Positions 48,275 through 56,848 of a stretch of DNA of 64,000 bases are shown here, piece after piece (position 1 is the first letter of the stretch; every line of letters starts with the position of its first letter). Below the pieces are notes generated by a model. It was not told the DNA's origin. It worked only from the letters and a program-made list of their open reading frames with translations, and made no database searches. A program made the translations under genes and the position numbers. Source of the DNA: a virus; IMG/VR virus record IMGVR_UViG_3300039425_000002; one strand, 5' to 3'.

Positions 48275-50531
48275 CACGTTAGACAACGACCTTCGCGCCG
48301 AAGCAGCTAGCAAGTTCCAGGCAGGCGATCGCGTTCTTTATAAACTGACGCAGCAAGAAGGCTTCTTTTTGGAAAAAGCAGACTTCGCTGTTCTGGAATG
48401 CTGGGTGCAATTTGACGACGAGCTGACTCCTAAACCTATATCGCCTCTGAACCTGGAGCTTTTACCGGAAGTAACATGGGTGGAAACCAATGTCTTACAT
48501 CTGGCGGTAGGCGATCGCATCTCTGTCGCGGCTTGGGGGCATCAGCAGGGAGATGTGGTGAGTGTAGAGCCGTTGGTAGTGCGGTTTGAGGGTAGAGATT
48601 GCGATTCAAAGATTAGTCAGCGGGATATAGAGCAGGGACTGAAACGATTATGGATAGGCAACTACGAATGCTCGACTGCTATGCCGGAGTTGGTTCCTTC
48701 AGCTATGCAGCCTCGCTTGTTGGTGGAATTGCCACCACCCAACTCATCGAAATCGGCGAGTTCCAGCAATCAGTCTTGCGATCGCGCTTTCCAGGAGTTC
48801 CCCTCCACGATGACATCCGCACCTTCAACCCATCAGGGCAACAATGGGATTTATTCTGCGCTGGAGTCCCCTGTCCTCCTTTCTCCAGAGAGGGTCGTCG
48901 AGGAGCAACCAGTGACCAGCGCAACTTGTTCCCCGACACCATCCGACTCATCAAACAATGCAGCCCTAAATGGGTCATCATCGAAAATGTTGTCGGACTG
49001 CTCGACGCTCCCCTGTTCCCCGGAGAGCCAGCAGGAACTTTCTTTAGACACTTACTTCGGTCCTTATCCAGCTGCGGGTACGTGGGCGAATGGCTCGTTC
49101 TCTCCGCAGCCTGCTTTGGATTGCCACACAGTCGTCAAAGGGTCTTTGTCGTTGCCTACCCCGACAGCTTTAAGTTCAAAGAACAGCCGACCCCCTGGAC
49201 AGAACAAATTAGAGGCGAAGTTGAAGAGTTTAGGGCTAATAGCCCCTGGCAAAACAGTCAATCCCGAATTTCTGGAAATGATGCAGGGATTTCCCAGGGG
49301 CTGGACAGCAGTTGCTTTAACGGGGGAAATCCCTGCACAGCACTGCCTTACGGATGCCCAACTTCCACTCCTGGAAGAAGTAGTATCACTCGTAGAAGAA
49401 GAGAAGTCCTTGGAAATACTATCGCTCTCCCCGTTGCAATCGCTGTCCTTAGAAGAGTTCTCTACCTCAATCAACTTACAGAATGAGGAGCTTACCTCGC
49501 AGGACTTGGAGTATGGGAAGATGGTTGAAATAGTTCCCGCCGAAAGTTTGGCGACTGGTGGCGGGGAGGAGAATAAATTACTTAGCGACTCCACTATGGA
49601 TAGTACCATAGGCGGCACAGCTGTTGCTGCCGAAAAGTCTATTACTGCTCTTTCTTTAAATGAAATAGCCACTGACGGCGGTACTCAGTCACGCCTCAAG
49701 CTGAATCATGTAACTATTGAGGATTACGCCGAAGCGATGCAGGCGGGTGTAGAGTTTCCGCCCATAACCGTGTTCTATGACGGTAAGATCTACTGGCTAG
49801 CTGACGGTTTTCATCGAGTAGCAGCAGCGAGAAAAGCTTTTGTTGAAGATATTGCTTGTGAGGTACGGCAAGGCACTCGGCGCGATGCTGTGCTGTATTC
49901 GGTTGGTGCTAATGCTGCTCACGGTCTACCTCGCAGTCGGGAAGATAAGAAGTGCGCTGTCATGACCCTGCTGCATGATGAGGAGTGGAGTAAGTGGAGC
50001 GATCGCGAGATTGCTCGTCAATGCCACGTCGATCATAAGTATGTTGGTAAGTTGCGTAAAGAGGTCAATGGGGATATCCCCATTGAGAATCGCACCTTCG
50101 TTTCCAAACATGGCACGATTGCCACAAGGAGAGTAGAAAATAAAAAATCAACAGATGACTTTCCAGAAGGCACATCCGTCTTACTCAAACCTTCACACCA
50201 TCTGAACGGGCATAATGGTACGATTACTTCCCGTCCAAACGCGGAGACAGCGATCGTGAAGATAGAGGAGACGGGAGAGCGGGAAATTGTATCGCTACAT
50301 CACTTGCAACCAGTTATTGAAGAGGACGCCCAGACGGGGAGGCAGGGAGACGCGGTGACATTGCAGATGGTGAATGGGGCGGCAATGCAAGAGTCGTGCA
50401 ATCTAGCAGTATTAGCGACTGAAATTACAATTGGCGCAATCAGTAGTGCTAGCTTGCTATCAGATGCTCAAGTCAAATCAATTTTTGAGGCATATAAACA
50501 CAGGTTTGAGCAGCTGGGACTCCTAGGATAG
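48249..50531 (+). CDS. Multidomain protein: C5-MTase motif IX segment plus ParB/Srx-like domain and HTH
   Basis: NPEFLEMMQGFPRGWT; YWLADGFHRVAA; WSDREIARQCHVDHKYVGKLR. Confidence 0.7.
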   Translation: MPKRKRTDSTLDNDLRAEAASKFQAGDRVLYKLTQQEGFFLEKADFAVLECWVQFDDELTPKPISPLNLELLPEVTWVETNVLHLAVGDRISVAAWGHQQGDVVSVEPLVVRFEGRDCDSKISQRDIEQGLKRLWIGNYECSTAMPELVPSAMQPRLLVELPPPNSSKSASSSNQSCDRAFQEFPSTMTSAPSTHQGNNGIYSALESPVLLSPERVVEEQPVTSATCSPTPSDSSNNAALNGSSSKMLSDCSTLPCSPESQQELSLDTYFGPYPAAGTWANGSFSPQPALDCHTVVKGSLSLPTPTALSSKNSRPPGQNKLEAKLKSLGLIAPGKTVNPEFLEMMQGFPRGWTAVALTGEIPAQHCLTDAQLPLLEEVVSLVEEEKSLEILSLSPLQSLSLEEFSTSINLQNEELTSQDLEYGKMVEIVPAESLATGGGEENKLLSDSTMDSTIGGTAVAAEKSITALSLNEIATDGGTQSRLKLNHVTIEDYAEAMQAGVEFPPITVFYDGKIYWLADGFHRVAAARKAFVEDIACEVRQGTRRDAVLYSVGANAAHGLPRSREDKKCAVMTLLHDEEWSKWSDREIARQCHVDHKYVGKLRKEVNGDIPIENRTFVSKHGTIATRRVENKKSTDDFPEGTSVLLKPSHHLNGHNGTITSRPNAETAIVKIEETGEREIVSLHHLQPVIEEDAQTGRQGDAVTLQMVNGAAMQESCNLAVLATEITIGAISSASLLSDAQVKSIFEAYKHRFEQLGLLG
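48650..49486 (+). CDS. DNA (cytosine-5)-methyltransferase, alpha-type polypeptide
   Basis: Motif I YAGVG, IV GVPCPPFS, VI IENV, VIII RQRVFVVA, X LGNTI; no motif IX in this frame. Confidence 0.88.
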   Translation: MDRQLRMLDCYAGVGSFSYAASLVGGIATTQLIEIGEFQQSVLRSRFPGVPLHDDIRTFNPSGQQWDLFCAGVPCPPFSREGRRGATSDQRNLFPDTIRLIKQCSPKWVIIENVVGLLDAPLFPGEPAGTFFRHLLRSLSSCGYVGEWLVLSAACFGLPHSRQRVFVVAYPDSFKFKEQPTPWTEQIRGEVEEFRANSPWQNSQSRISGNDAGISQGLDSSCFNGGNPCTALPYGCPTSTPGRSSITRRRREVLGNTIALPVAIAVLRRVLYLNQLTE

Positions 50532-50557
50532 GAACAAATTGGGGTTTCATCAAAGTT

Positions 50558-51940
50558 GTGACAACTCCACTCACTAATTGCTTGCAATTAGCGGCGGCTT
50601 CTCAAACTCACGAATGAGACTTGCTGCCTCACAGGCTGAGTAACCTCTAAGCCTCCGCAGCCAGGAATCGGTAGTCCCACCGACCCACGTTTTAACAGAT
50701 TCAGCGCCGCATTCCAATCTCTGTCTATCACTAACTTACAGCTAGGACAATCATGAACCCGAACGCTCAAACCTTTTTCAACTCGCGTACCACAACTAAA
50801 ACACTCAATGCTACTTCTTCTAGGGTCAACTCCTTTTGTCCGCTTGCCGCATTTGACTGCCACTGCTTGCAAAATCTCAAGGAATCCACCCCAAGCAACA
50901 TCGAGTATTGATTTAGCTAATCGAGTTCTAGCCAAACCTTTGATGTTTAAGCTCTCAAAAACAATTAAGTCATAGGAATTAACCAACCAATGAGCAACTT
51001 GATAATGAAACTCTTTTCTCTGTCTTGCAACGTGCAAATGAAGTCTTGCAACCTTGTTGGCTTGCTTTTGGTAGTTCTTAGACCCTTTGATAGACCTTGC
51101 AAGTTTACGTTGTTGACGGGCTAAAGTTGCGTGTGTTGTCCGATAGTAATGTGGTACTTCAACACTTTGTCCATCAGCAGTAGTTAAAAACTTCTCTAAC
51201 CCAACATCTATGCCAGTAGCTGTTTTAATTTCATCAATAGGCAATGCAGTGGGAACAGTCTTATCTTCCAGCGAAAAGCTTACATACCATCCGTCAGCTT
51301 TGCGTAAAATCGTTGCTTGTTTAATCTCAAATCTCTCTGGAATTGGGCGGTGCAGAATAATTTCAACTTTGCCAATTTTAGATAACTTCAGAACATTTCC
51401 TGATAGGTCTGCGCCTGCTTTTGAGGAATTAACACGCGGAAACGTAAAAGAACAGATATCGCCGCGCTTCTTAAAACGTGGTCGTCCTCCCCGCTTACCG
51501 TTCTTGTCTGGAATCAACCAGCGCTTCCAGCATGAGTCCAACCGCATCAAGTTCTGTTGCTGGCAGTCAGCGTAGATGTCCTTGTACTCAGGAAACAGTT
51601 CTTTGGTTTGTTTTAGTTGTGATGCTTGAGTGTAGTAATCAACTTTTTCTGGGATCTCACCAATTGGTTCAGAAACGAGACTACAACGATCTATTTGACA
51701 CGCCCGTCGATTCAACCAATCAAGTCTTTGACCGAGTGCGTAGTTGTAGTGACGACGCAGCAATTCGCCCCAAGTCTCCATCGTGGCGACCTGTTCAGGT
51801 GTAGGGCAAAGACGGTACTGGTACGTAAGCAACATTTATTAATTGTAGCATATTTAGCTTATGAAATACCTAAAAAACTGTATGTTCGCATTCCCCTCAC
51901 CGCCAACACTTGTATGGCGGGAGTACCCTGCGGAGGTCTA
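50558..51940 (-). mobile_element. IS200/IS605 family element (tnpB only)
   Basis: tnpB ORF; minus-strand right end ...GGAGTTGTCAC; left-end hairpin near 51890-51935 (boundary approximate). Confidence 0.75.
50588..51835 (-). CDS. tnpB: TnpB RNA-guided endonuclease, catalytic triad intact
   Basis: GIDVG, FESL, CFSCG/CPSC, DRDWNAA. Confidence 0.95.
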   Translation of the reverse strand: MLLTYQYRLCPTPEQVATMETWGELLRRHYNYALGQRLDWLNRRACQIDRCSLVSEPIGEIPEKVDYYTQASQLKQTKELFPEYKDIYADCQQQNLMRLDSCWKRWLIPDKNGKRGGRPRFKKRGDICSFTFPRVNSSKAGADLSGNVLKLSKIGKVEIILHRPIPERFEIKQATILRKADGWYVSFSLEDKTVPTALPIDEIKTATGIDVGLEKFLTTADGQSVEVPHYYRTTHATLARQQRKLARSIKGSKNYQKQANKVARLHLHVARQRKEFHYQVAHWLVNSYDLIVFESLNIKGLARTRLAKSILDVAWGGFLEILQAVAVKCGKRTKGVDPRRSSIECFSCGTRVEKGLSVRVHDCPSCKLVIDRDWNAALNLLKRGSVGLPIPGCGGLEVTQPVRQQVSFVSLRSRR

Positions 51941-51941
51941 G

Positions 51942-52397
51942 ATGGATTTAGAACAACTCAAGCTTATTCAGAAGCGCAACGAAGAGCGGAAGAAACTAAA
52001 ATCTGAAGCCAGCCCTGGTCCTTGGAGATGGTCTTATAGCTACGACATGTGGAATTCTGTTCATTGGTGTTTGGAGAATCCAGAGAGTCCAGATAACGGC
52101 GTAGGAGATGGAATACACAGAACAATTAATTCTCACCTAGTTACTTTATCGAGTGTATTTGATACAAAATTGGACGACAGTGCCCCTGCAATTCCTTTAG
52201 ATGAAACCCCAGACTTTCGCTTAATAATTGCTGCCCGAAACGATACTCCGGAAGAGGATATTGATGTGTTGATTGGCTATTTAGATCAGTTGCAGGAAGA
52301 GCTGAAAGATCGGGAAAGAGATTTAGAGTTTGAATATAACGAGCGCGTTGCAGCAGAGAAAGAACTAGAGCGATTCAAACAAAAATATGGGGATTAA
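51942..52397 (+). CDS. Phage hypothetical protein (Ead/Ea22-like)
   Basis: ASPGPW...LIIAARN pattern. Confidence 0.55.
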   Translation: MDLEQLKLIQKRNEERKKLKSEASPGPWRWSYSYDMWNSVHWCLENPESPDNGVGDGIHRTINSHLVTLSSVFDTKLDDSAPAIPLDETPDFRLIIAARNDTPEEDIDVLIGYLDQLQEELKDRERDLEFEYNERVAAEKELERFKQKYGD

Positions 52398-52502
52398 GGG
52401 GTCAACTTTTTAGCTCAAAAAGGGGTACAAAAAATTTGAGGTGTCTCGAAAATTTCCATCAACTTGTTTCTGCCTGGAAAAAAAGGGTATGAACTACCGC
52501 CT

Positions 52503-53033
52503 ATGAAACTACTAATGCTCGATTTAGACGGCACAGTTCGTCGCTGTAAGTCAGATCCCAAAGGATTTATCAACGAAGCAACTGACCAAGAGTTGATTGA
52601 AGGGGCAGCAGAGGCAGTTGCCCGTTATGCAGCCGATGGATGGAAAATCATTGGCATTACAAACCAGGGAGGAGTAGCAGCTGGTCATAAATCAATGGAA
52701 GCTGCAATTGCAGAGCAAAATTACACCTTACAACTATGCTCCGAACTAGCGGCTATCATCTTCTGCCCCGATTTTGAGGGAGAAACCAGAGTTGATCTCA
52801 TTCGTCCAGGAGTGCTAGCAATAAATCCTAGTTTCAACCCCAACCAGACCCATGAGTCTTTGAAGGGAACTTACAGAAAACCTAACCCTGGCATGCTTTT
52901 GTGGACTATGGCTTGGTTGGGAGTAGATAAAGCTGACACCCTTTATGTTGGCGATCGCCTTGAAGATGAACAAGCAGCGGCGGCGGCAGAAGTTGAATTT
53001 CTGTGGGCACAAGAGTGGAGGAAATTGAGTTAA
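52503..53033 (+). CDS. HAD-IIIA family phosphatase (GmhB/PNKP-like)
   Basis: DLDGT, ITNQGG, RKPNPGML, VGDRLED. Confidence 0.9.
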   Translation: MKLLMLDLDGTVRRCKSDPKGFINEATDQELIEGAAEAVARYAADGWKIIGITNQGGVAAGHKSMEAAIAEQNYTLQLCSELAAIIFCPDFEGETRVDLIRPGVLAINPSFNPNQTHESLKGTYRKPNPGMLLWTMAWLGVDKADTLYVGDRLEDEQAAAAAEVEFLWAQEWRKLS

Positions 53034-53046
53034 GGAGCGATCGCCG

Positions 53047-53304
53047 ATGGATGCAGATCGAGAATTAGTCAAGCTTGGCAGCGTAGTGCAAATTTCCCCA
53101 GAAACTAAGTCCGCTTTTGCTGGCTGCTTCTTACTGGTCACGGAACTTAAAGCATGGGGCGTTCAAGGCTTTATTGCTATGCCAAAGGGTATGGGTTCTA
53201 TGCCGGGTCAAGCTTACTATCGCGCTAAGTGGGAGGAGATTGAGTACATCGGTCAAGCTGTTTGGGTTCCACAAGACCTCTACGAAGAGAGCGATCGCCT
53301 ATGA
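53047..53304 (+). CDS. Phage hypothetical protein
   Basis: AAGGAG RBS; VTELKAWGVQG...AYYR. Confidence 0.6.
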   Translation: MDADRELVKLGSVVQISPETKSAFAGCFLLVTELKAWGVQGFIAMPKGMGSMPGQAYYRAKWEEIEYIGQAVWVPQDLYEESDRL

Positions 53305-53560
53305 AGTGCCTTTGGTGTGGTGAAGCAGTAGAATCAATAGACAATCGCGTTCTCCCAGGTCTTCAGCCAATGCATCTGGAGTGTTCTGTCCGTTGTCTAG
53401 TTGGATCGGTTGCACACCAAAAAAGGGAATGCTCTTGCTTCGGTGGGACTGGGGAGGATGCACCTAATCTCAGTTCCCGTCAAGCGGCGCTAGCTGTCTA
53501 TCAATATGCTAGTGCTGCTAATTTTGCAGCAAGTGTCAATAGAGAGGGGAGCGATCGCCC

Positions 53561-53773
53561 ATGAATATCCTGCATCAAAAATGGTTTGTAGTCGATCAGC
53601 CCTGGGGTGAAGGCGATTGGATTAGGGCTGGCGCTCCTGATGCTGCTGGCGAATTTGTTTGCGATTGTCAGGGACTAATAGATGAGTGCGATCTTAATAG
53701 GTCAGAGTCAGCTCAAGAAATTGCAGAGTATATTGTCAATCTTCATAACTCACGCTTGAAGGGTAATGAATAA
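53561..53773 (+). CDS. Phage hypothetical protein
   Basis: AEYIVNLHN motif; coupled to next gene. Confidence 0.5.
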   Translation: MNILHQKWFVVDQPWGEGDWIRAGAPDAAGEFVCDCQGLIDECDLNRSESAQEIAEYIVNLHNSRLKGNE

Positions 53774-54422
53774 CTCGCTAGCAGCTGCCCTCATTTCCCC
53801 CCTACTCCTGGTTTTCCCAGCGATCGCCCAGAACACCCTATCCACAGTTGTTTCAGTTGGTGACGGCGATACCCTGCGCCTGGACGACCAGGGCAAGGTA
53901 ATCACCGTTCGACTAGGCTGCATAGATGCCCCAGAAATAGCCCAGAAGCCTTGGGGTCAGCAATCGGCTACCCGTCTCAAGCAGCTGCTACCTCCAGGGA
54001 CTGCTGTGCGCGTTCGGGAAATTGAGCGCGATCGCTACGGCAGGACGGTGGCAGAAATCTATCTGGGCAGCCAGTCAATCAATTTGCAGCTAATCACAGA
54101 AGGGCAAGCAGTTGTCTACCGCCAGTATCTATCTGGCTGTACTGCCAACCAGTTCCTGCAAGCCGAGGCACAGGCAAAGCAGAAAAGGTTGGGGTTCTGG
54201 AACCAGCCCTCCCCAGTTATGCCTTGGGATTTCCGTCGCACTGGTTCACCTCCACAGGAGACACCGCGAACCAATCAACTACCTGCCTGCGTCAATAGCG
54301 ATTGCAATTGCAGTGACTTCAAAACCCAAGCTGAAGCACAGCGAGTTTTGGCAGCGTTTCCAGGCGATCCACACAAGTTGGATAGGGATGGCGATGGGGT
54401 TGCCTGCGAGAGTTTGCGTTAA
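53766..54422 (+). CDS. Secreted thermonuclease (SNase) with Excalibur Ca-binding domain
   Basis: Signal peptide; GDGDT, VRLGCIDAPE, DRYGR; NCSDF...LDRDGDGVACE. Confidence 0.92.
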   Translation: MNNSLAAALISPLLLVFPAIAQNTLSTVVSVGDGDTLRLDDQGKVITVRLGCIDAPEIAQKPWGQQSATRLKQLLPPGTAVRVREIERDRYGRTVAEIYLGSQSINLQLITEGQAVVYRQYLSGCTANQFLQAEAQAKQKRLGFWNQPSPVMPWDFRRTGSPPQETPRTNQLPACVNSDCNCSDFKTQAEAQRVLAAFPGDPHKLDRDGDGVACESLR

Positions 54423-54571
54423 CTTTGTTTAGCCTCGGCTCTCCAAATATAAAGAGAATCCATTAGTTTGATAAAGTTTGCATAAAGTAGGTGACAAAGT
54501 AGGTGACAAAGGTTATCTTAGATACATGGAGGAAGCGGCACAAGAGTTGAACCCCAGCCGCAAACAAACAA

Positions 54572-55093
54572 ATGTTATTTAAAACAGAACAAGTACAAGA
54601 TCGTAGATACGGAATTTGCTTCATCACATTGCCAAAAAATGAGAGCATTGTCAGTTTCAATATCTGGGATACTGATTCCGATCTGCCTTGCATTGGAATG
54701 GCAGGGCAATTAGTGACAGACCAGCATACTTACGATCTGACAGGATACAGAGATGTGGGCACCCACACAGGGCATCCACCTAAGTTAAGTGTAGTCAAAT
54801 CCCGTGTTGGGGATTTAGAGTACTTCAACCTTCTCACCCAACAGTGGCAAGACGCACTCCCCGATCCACTACCACCGCTAGAGACTGTTATCGGATTCCA
54901 GGATGGGCTACTAAAACCCGGTGTAACATGGAGCCATTTCGCTCCCTTTGATGGAGAGTACGTTGTCCGCGACGAGCCGGACAACGGGGAAACATTCTGG
55001 TACTGGGACTGCCCATCGCGGCATGGGGAATCCCGACCCAAGGAGGTGATTGCTGTCCCAAAGATTGTTGCCGCGCCTGCGGCAAGCCCCTAG
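54572..55093 (+). CDS. Hypothetical protein
   Basis: ORF upstream of the Cas12-like gene. Confidence 0.55.
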   Translation: MLFKTEQVQDRRYGICFITLPKNESIVSFNIWDTDSDLPCIGMAGQLVTDQHTYDLTGYRDVGTHTGHPPKLSVVKSRVGDLEYFNLLTQQWQDALPDPLPPLETVIGFQDGLLKPGVTWSHFAPFDGEYVVRDEPDNGETFWYWDCPSRHGESRPKEVIAVPKIVAAPAASP

Positions 55094-55264
55094 CGGCCCA
55101 AAACAAGAGCGGCTATTGTAAGGTACATCAAGATAAAGCGCCGCATCGTAAGAAGACTCGGCACAGAAATCGAACGAAAATGCGAGCATTGCCATTGACT
55201 ACCGTAGGGGAGGCTGTCAATCGCCTTGATCGCGATAAAATGGAATAGTTTGCGAAAGTTTGCG

Positions 55265-56848
55265 ATGAAAACCCTCGAATTCGCTCTTCACCCCAACTCC
55301 TCTCAACAAGCCAGCCTAAGCGGCTGGCTAGAGGCATTGCGATGGGTGTGGAACGAGGGCTTGAGGTTATGCCTAGAATTTGATCGCTACTCCGCTTGGG
55401 ATAAGCAGAGTAAAACCTGGACTGCTTGCTGCCCTAGATTTGGTGACGAGAAGATCCGCTGGCTTAAAGAGGGTGACAATTGGATTGCCGCTCCCTATTC
55501 TCCCATCGCCACCCGACGCAATCCTACCCGATTCTTCTGTCCGCTGCCTCCTGCCAAAGAATACCGTCAGCCGCAGCTACCGAATATCAGCGAATTCAGT
55601 CTGGCATCAGCTTTCGCTCACAAACGCCATCCTGACAAGCCGTGGCTCAAAGCAATCCCCGCCAATTTTATTCGGGGCGTTACTCAGTCGCTCAATACTG
55701 CGTGGCAGCGATATAAGAAAGGCGAGCAGGGGGAACCGCGCTTCAAAGGTAGGGGCAACTCCCTGGAAACGTTGACAAACAACGACGCGAAGATTATCAA
55801 GCGGGATGGCGATCGCCTGAAGATTCCCAATCTGGGTTGGATTCGACTCAAGGAGTTGACCCAACGATGGGGAGAAACAGCAATTAGCAGTCTAAAAATT
55901 TGTCAGCGTCCCTCTGGGTGGTACGTGCAGTTAAGTGGGGAATTACCAGAAAAAAGTTTTCCTAATCCATCGCGACCTGTAGCGGGAGTCGCCTTGATTT
56001 GTAAGGGGGCGCATCACGCAACTCACTATAAGCGACAAACTATTCAGTATAGACCGCACCAATTAGAGAGAAAGCTGCACAGACTGGAGCGGCAGCTAGC
56101 TCAACAACCTAACGAAGGATCAGAACAGCTCCTTGAAGGATTAAAGGCAAAGATAAGTCGCGCTTATACGCTGATTCAGGCGAGAGTGCATAAGTTAGAA
56201 GCAAGGCTGCTGAGGCTTCAGCGCCAACTAGCGCGGCAGCAATTTCTATCAAGCAACTGGCAGCGAACCAAAAAAGAAATAGGCAAGCTGCACGAACAGA
56301 TTCGCTTGCGTCGGCGTAACCTGAACCACAAACTATCGACTTTCCTGGTACGGCAGTACGACACCTTGGCAATTCAGAAAATTAAGCCGGGTCCTAAAAA
56401 GCGACCCCAACCCGTTCCTATCAACACCGACCCCCAGCAGTGGGCAGAGAATGGCGCACTTGAGCGCAGCCGCAAGAATCGATACATTGCTGACTTGGGG
56501 ATAGGACAGTTTGTAAGTTTCGTCAAAAGCAAAGCAGAAAAAGCTGGTCGAAAAGTTGTAGAAGTCGCTACAGAAACGGGACTTTTCGGTCAGGAGTTGG
56601 CGAGAAAGCTTCAAACAGAGTACATCTCTGGGCGAAGGTACGATGAGTGTGAATCGGAACTGATGCCTGTGAAGGGGGGCGATTCGCCCTCGGTGCAGCA
56701 GGAACCTGGACAACCGGGACATGCCAACCCAGTTGGCACAACTCAATCCTCAACTCAAGGTGCAACAACCTCAGCTCAAACGATAGATAGGAGCTTGCAA
56801 GATTCTTCAGAATCTGAAGCGGGACAGGGCTTTCCACGTCCGCCGTGA
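55265..56848 (+). CDS. Nuclease-dead TnpB-derived compact type V effector (C2c8/V-U2-like)
   Basis: TnpB-type MKTLEF...WVWN, PRFK, GWYVQL, SSNWQRTKKEIGKLHEQI..RR..NHKLST; RuvC-I GVA (D->A), RuvC-II AIQK (E->Q); zinc finger/RuvC-III absent; abuts CRISPR array. Confidence 0.85.
   Translation: MKTLEFALHPNSSQQASLSGWLEALRWVWNEGLRLCLEFDRYSAWDKQSKTWTACCPRFGDEKIRWLKEGDNWIAAPYSPIATRRNPTRFFCPLPPAKEYRQPQLPNISEFSLASAFAHKRHPDKPWLKAIPANFIRGVTQSLNTAWQRYKKGEQGEPRFKGRGNSLETLTNNDAKIIKRDGDRLKIPNLGWIRLKELTQRWGETAISSLKICQRPSGWYVQLSGELPEKSFPNPSRPVAGVALICKGAHHATHYKRQTIQYRPHQLERKLHRLERQLAQQPNEGSEQLLEGLKAKISRAYTLIQARVHKLEARLLRLQRQLARQQFLSSNWQRTKKEIGKLHEQIRLRRRNLNHKLSTFLVRQYDTLAIQKIKPGPKKRPQPVPINTDPQQWAENGALERSRKNRYIADLGIGQFVSFVKSKAEKAGRKVVEVATETGLFGQELARKLQTEYISGRRYDECESELMPVKGGDSPSVQQEPGQPGHANPVGTTQSSTQGATTSAQTIDRSLQDSSESEAGQGFPRPP
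56650..56844 (+). ncRNA. Putative omegaRNA/tracrRNA-like scaffold and leader overlapping the effector 3' end
   Basis: TnpB right-end-like GCCTGTGAAG...GCAGCAGGAA; hairpins gggcg/cgccc and tgccaac/gttggca; GTGCAACAACCTCA complementary to the repeat 3' end. Confidence 0.55.
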
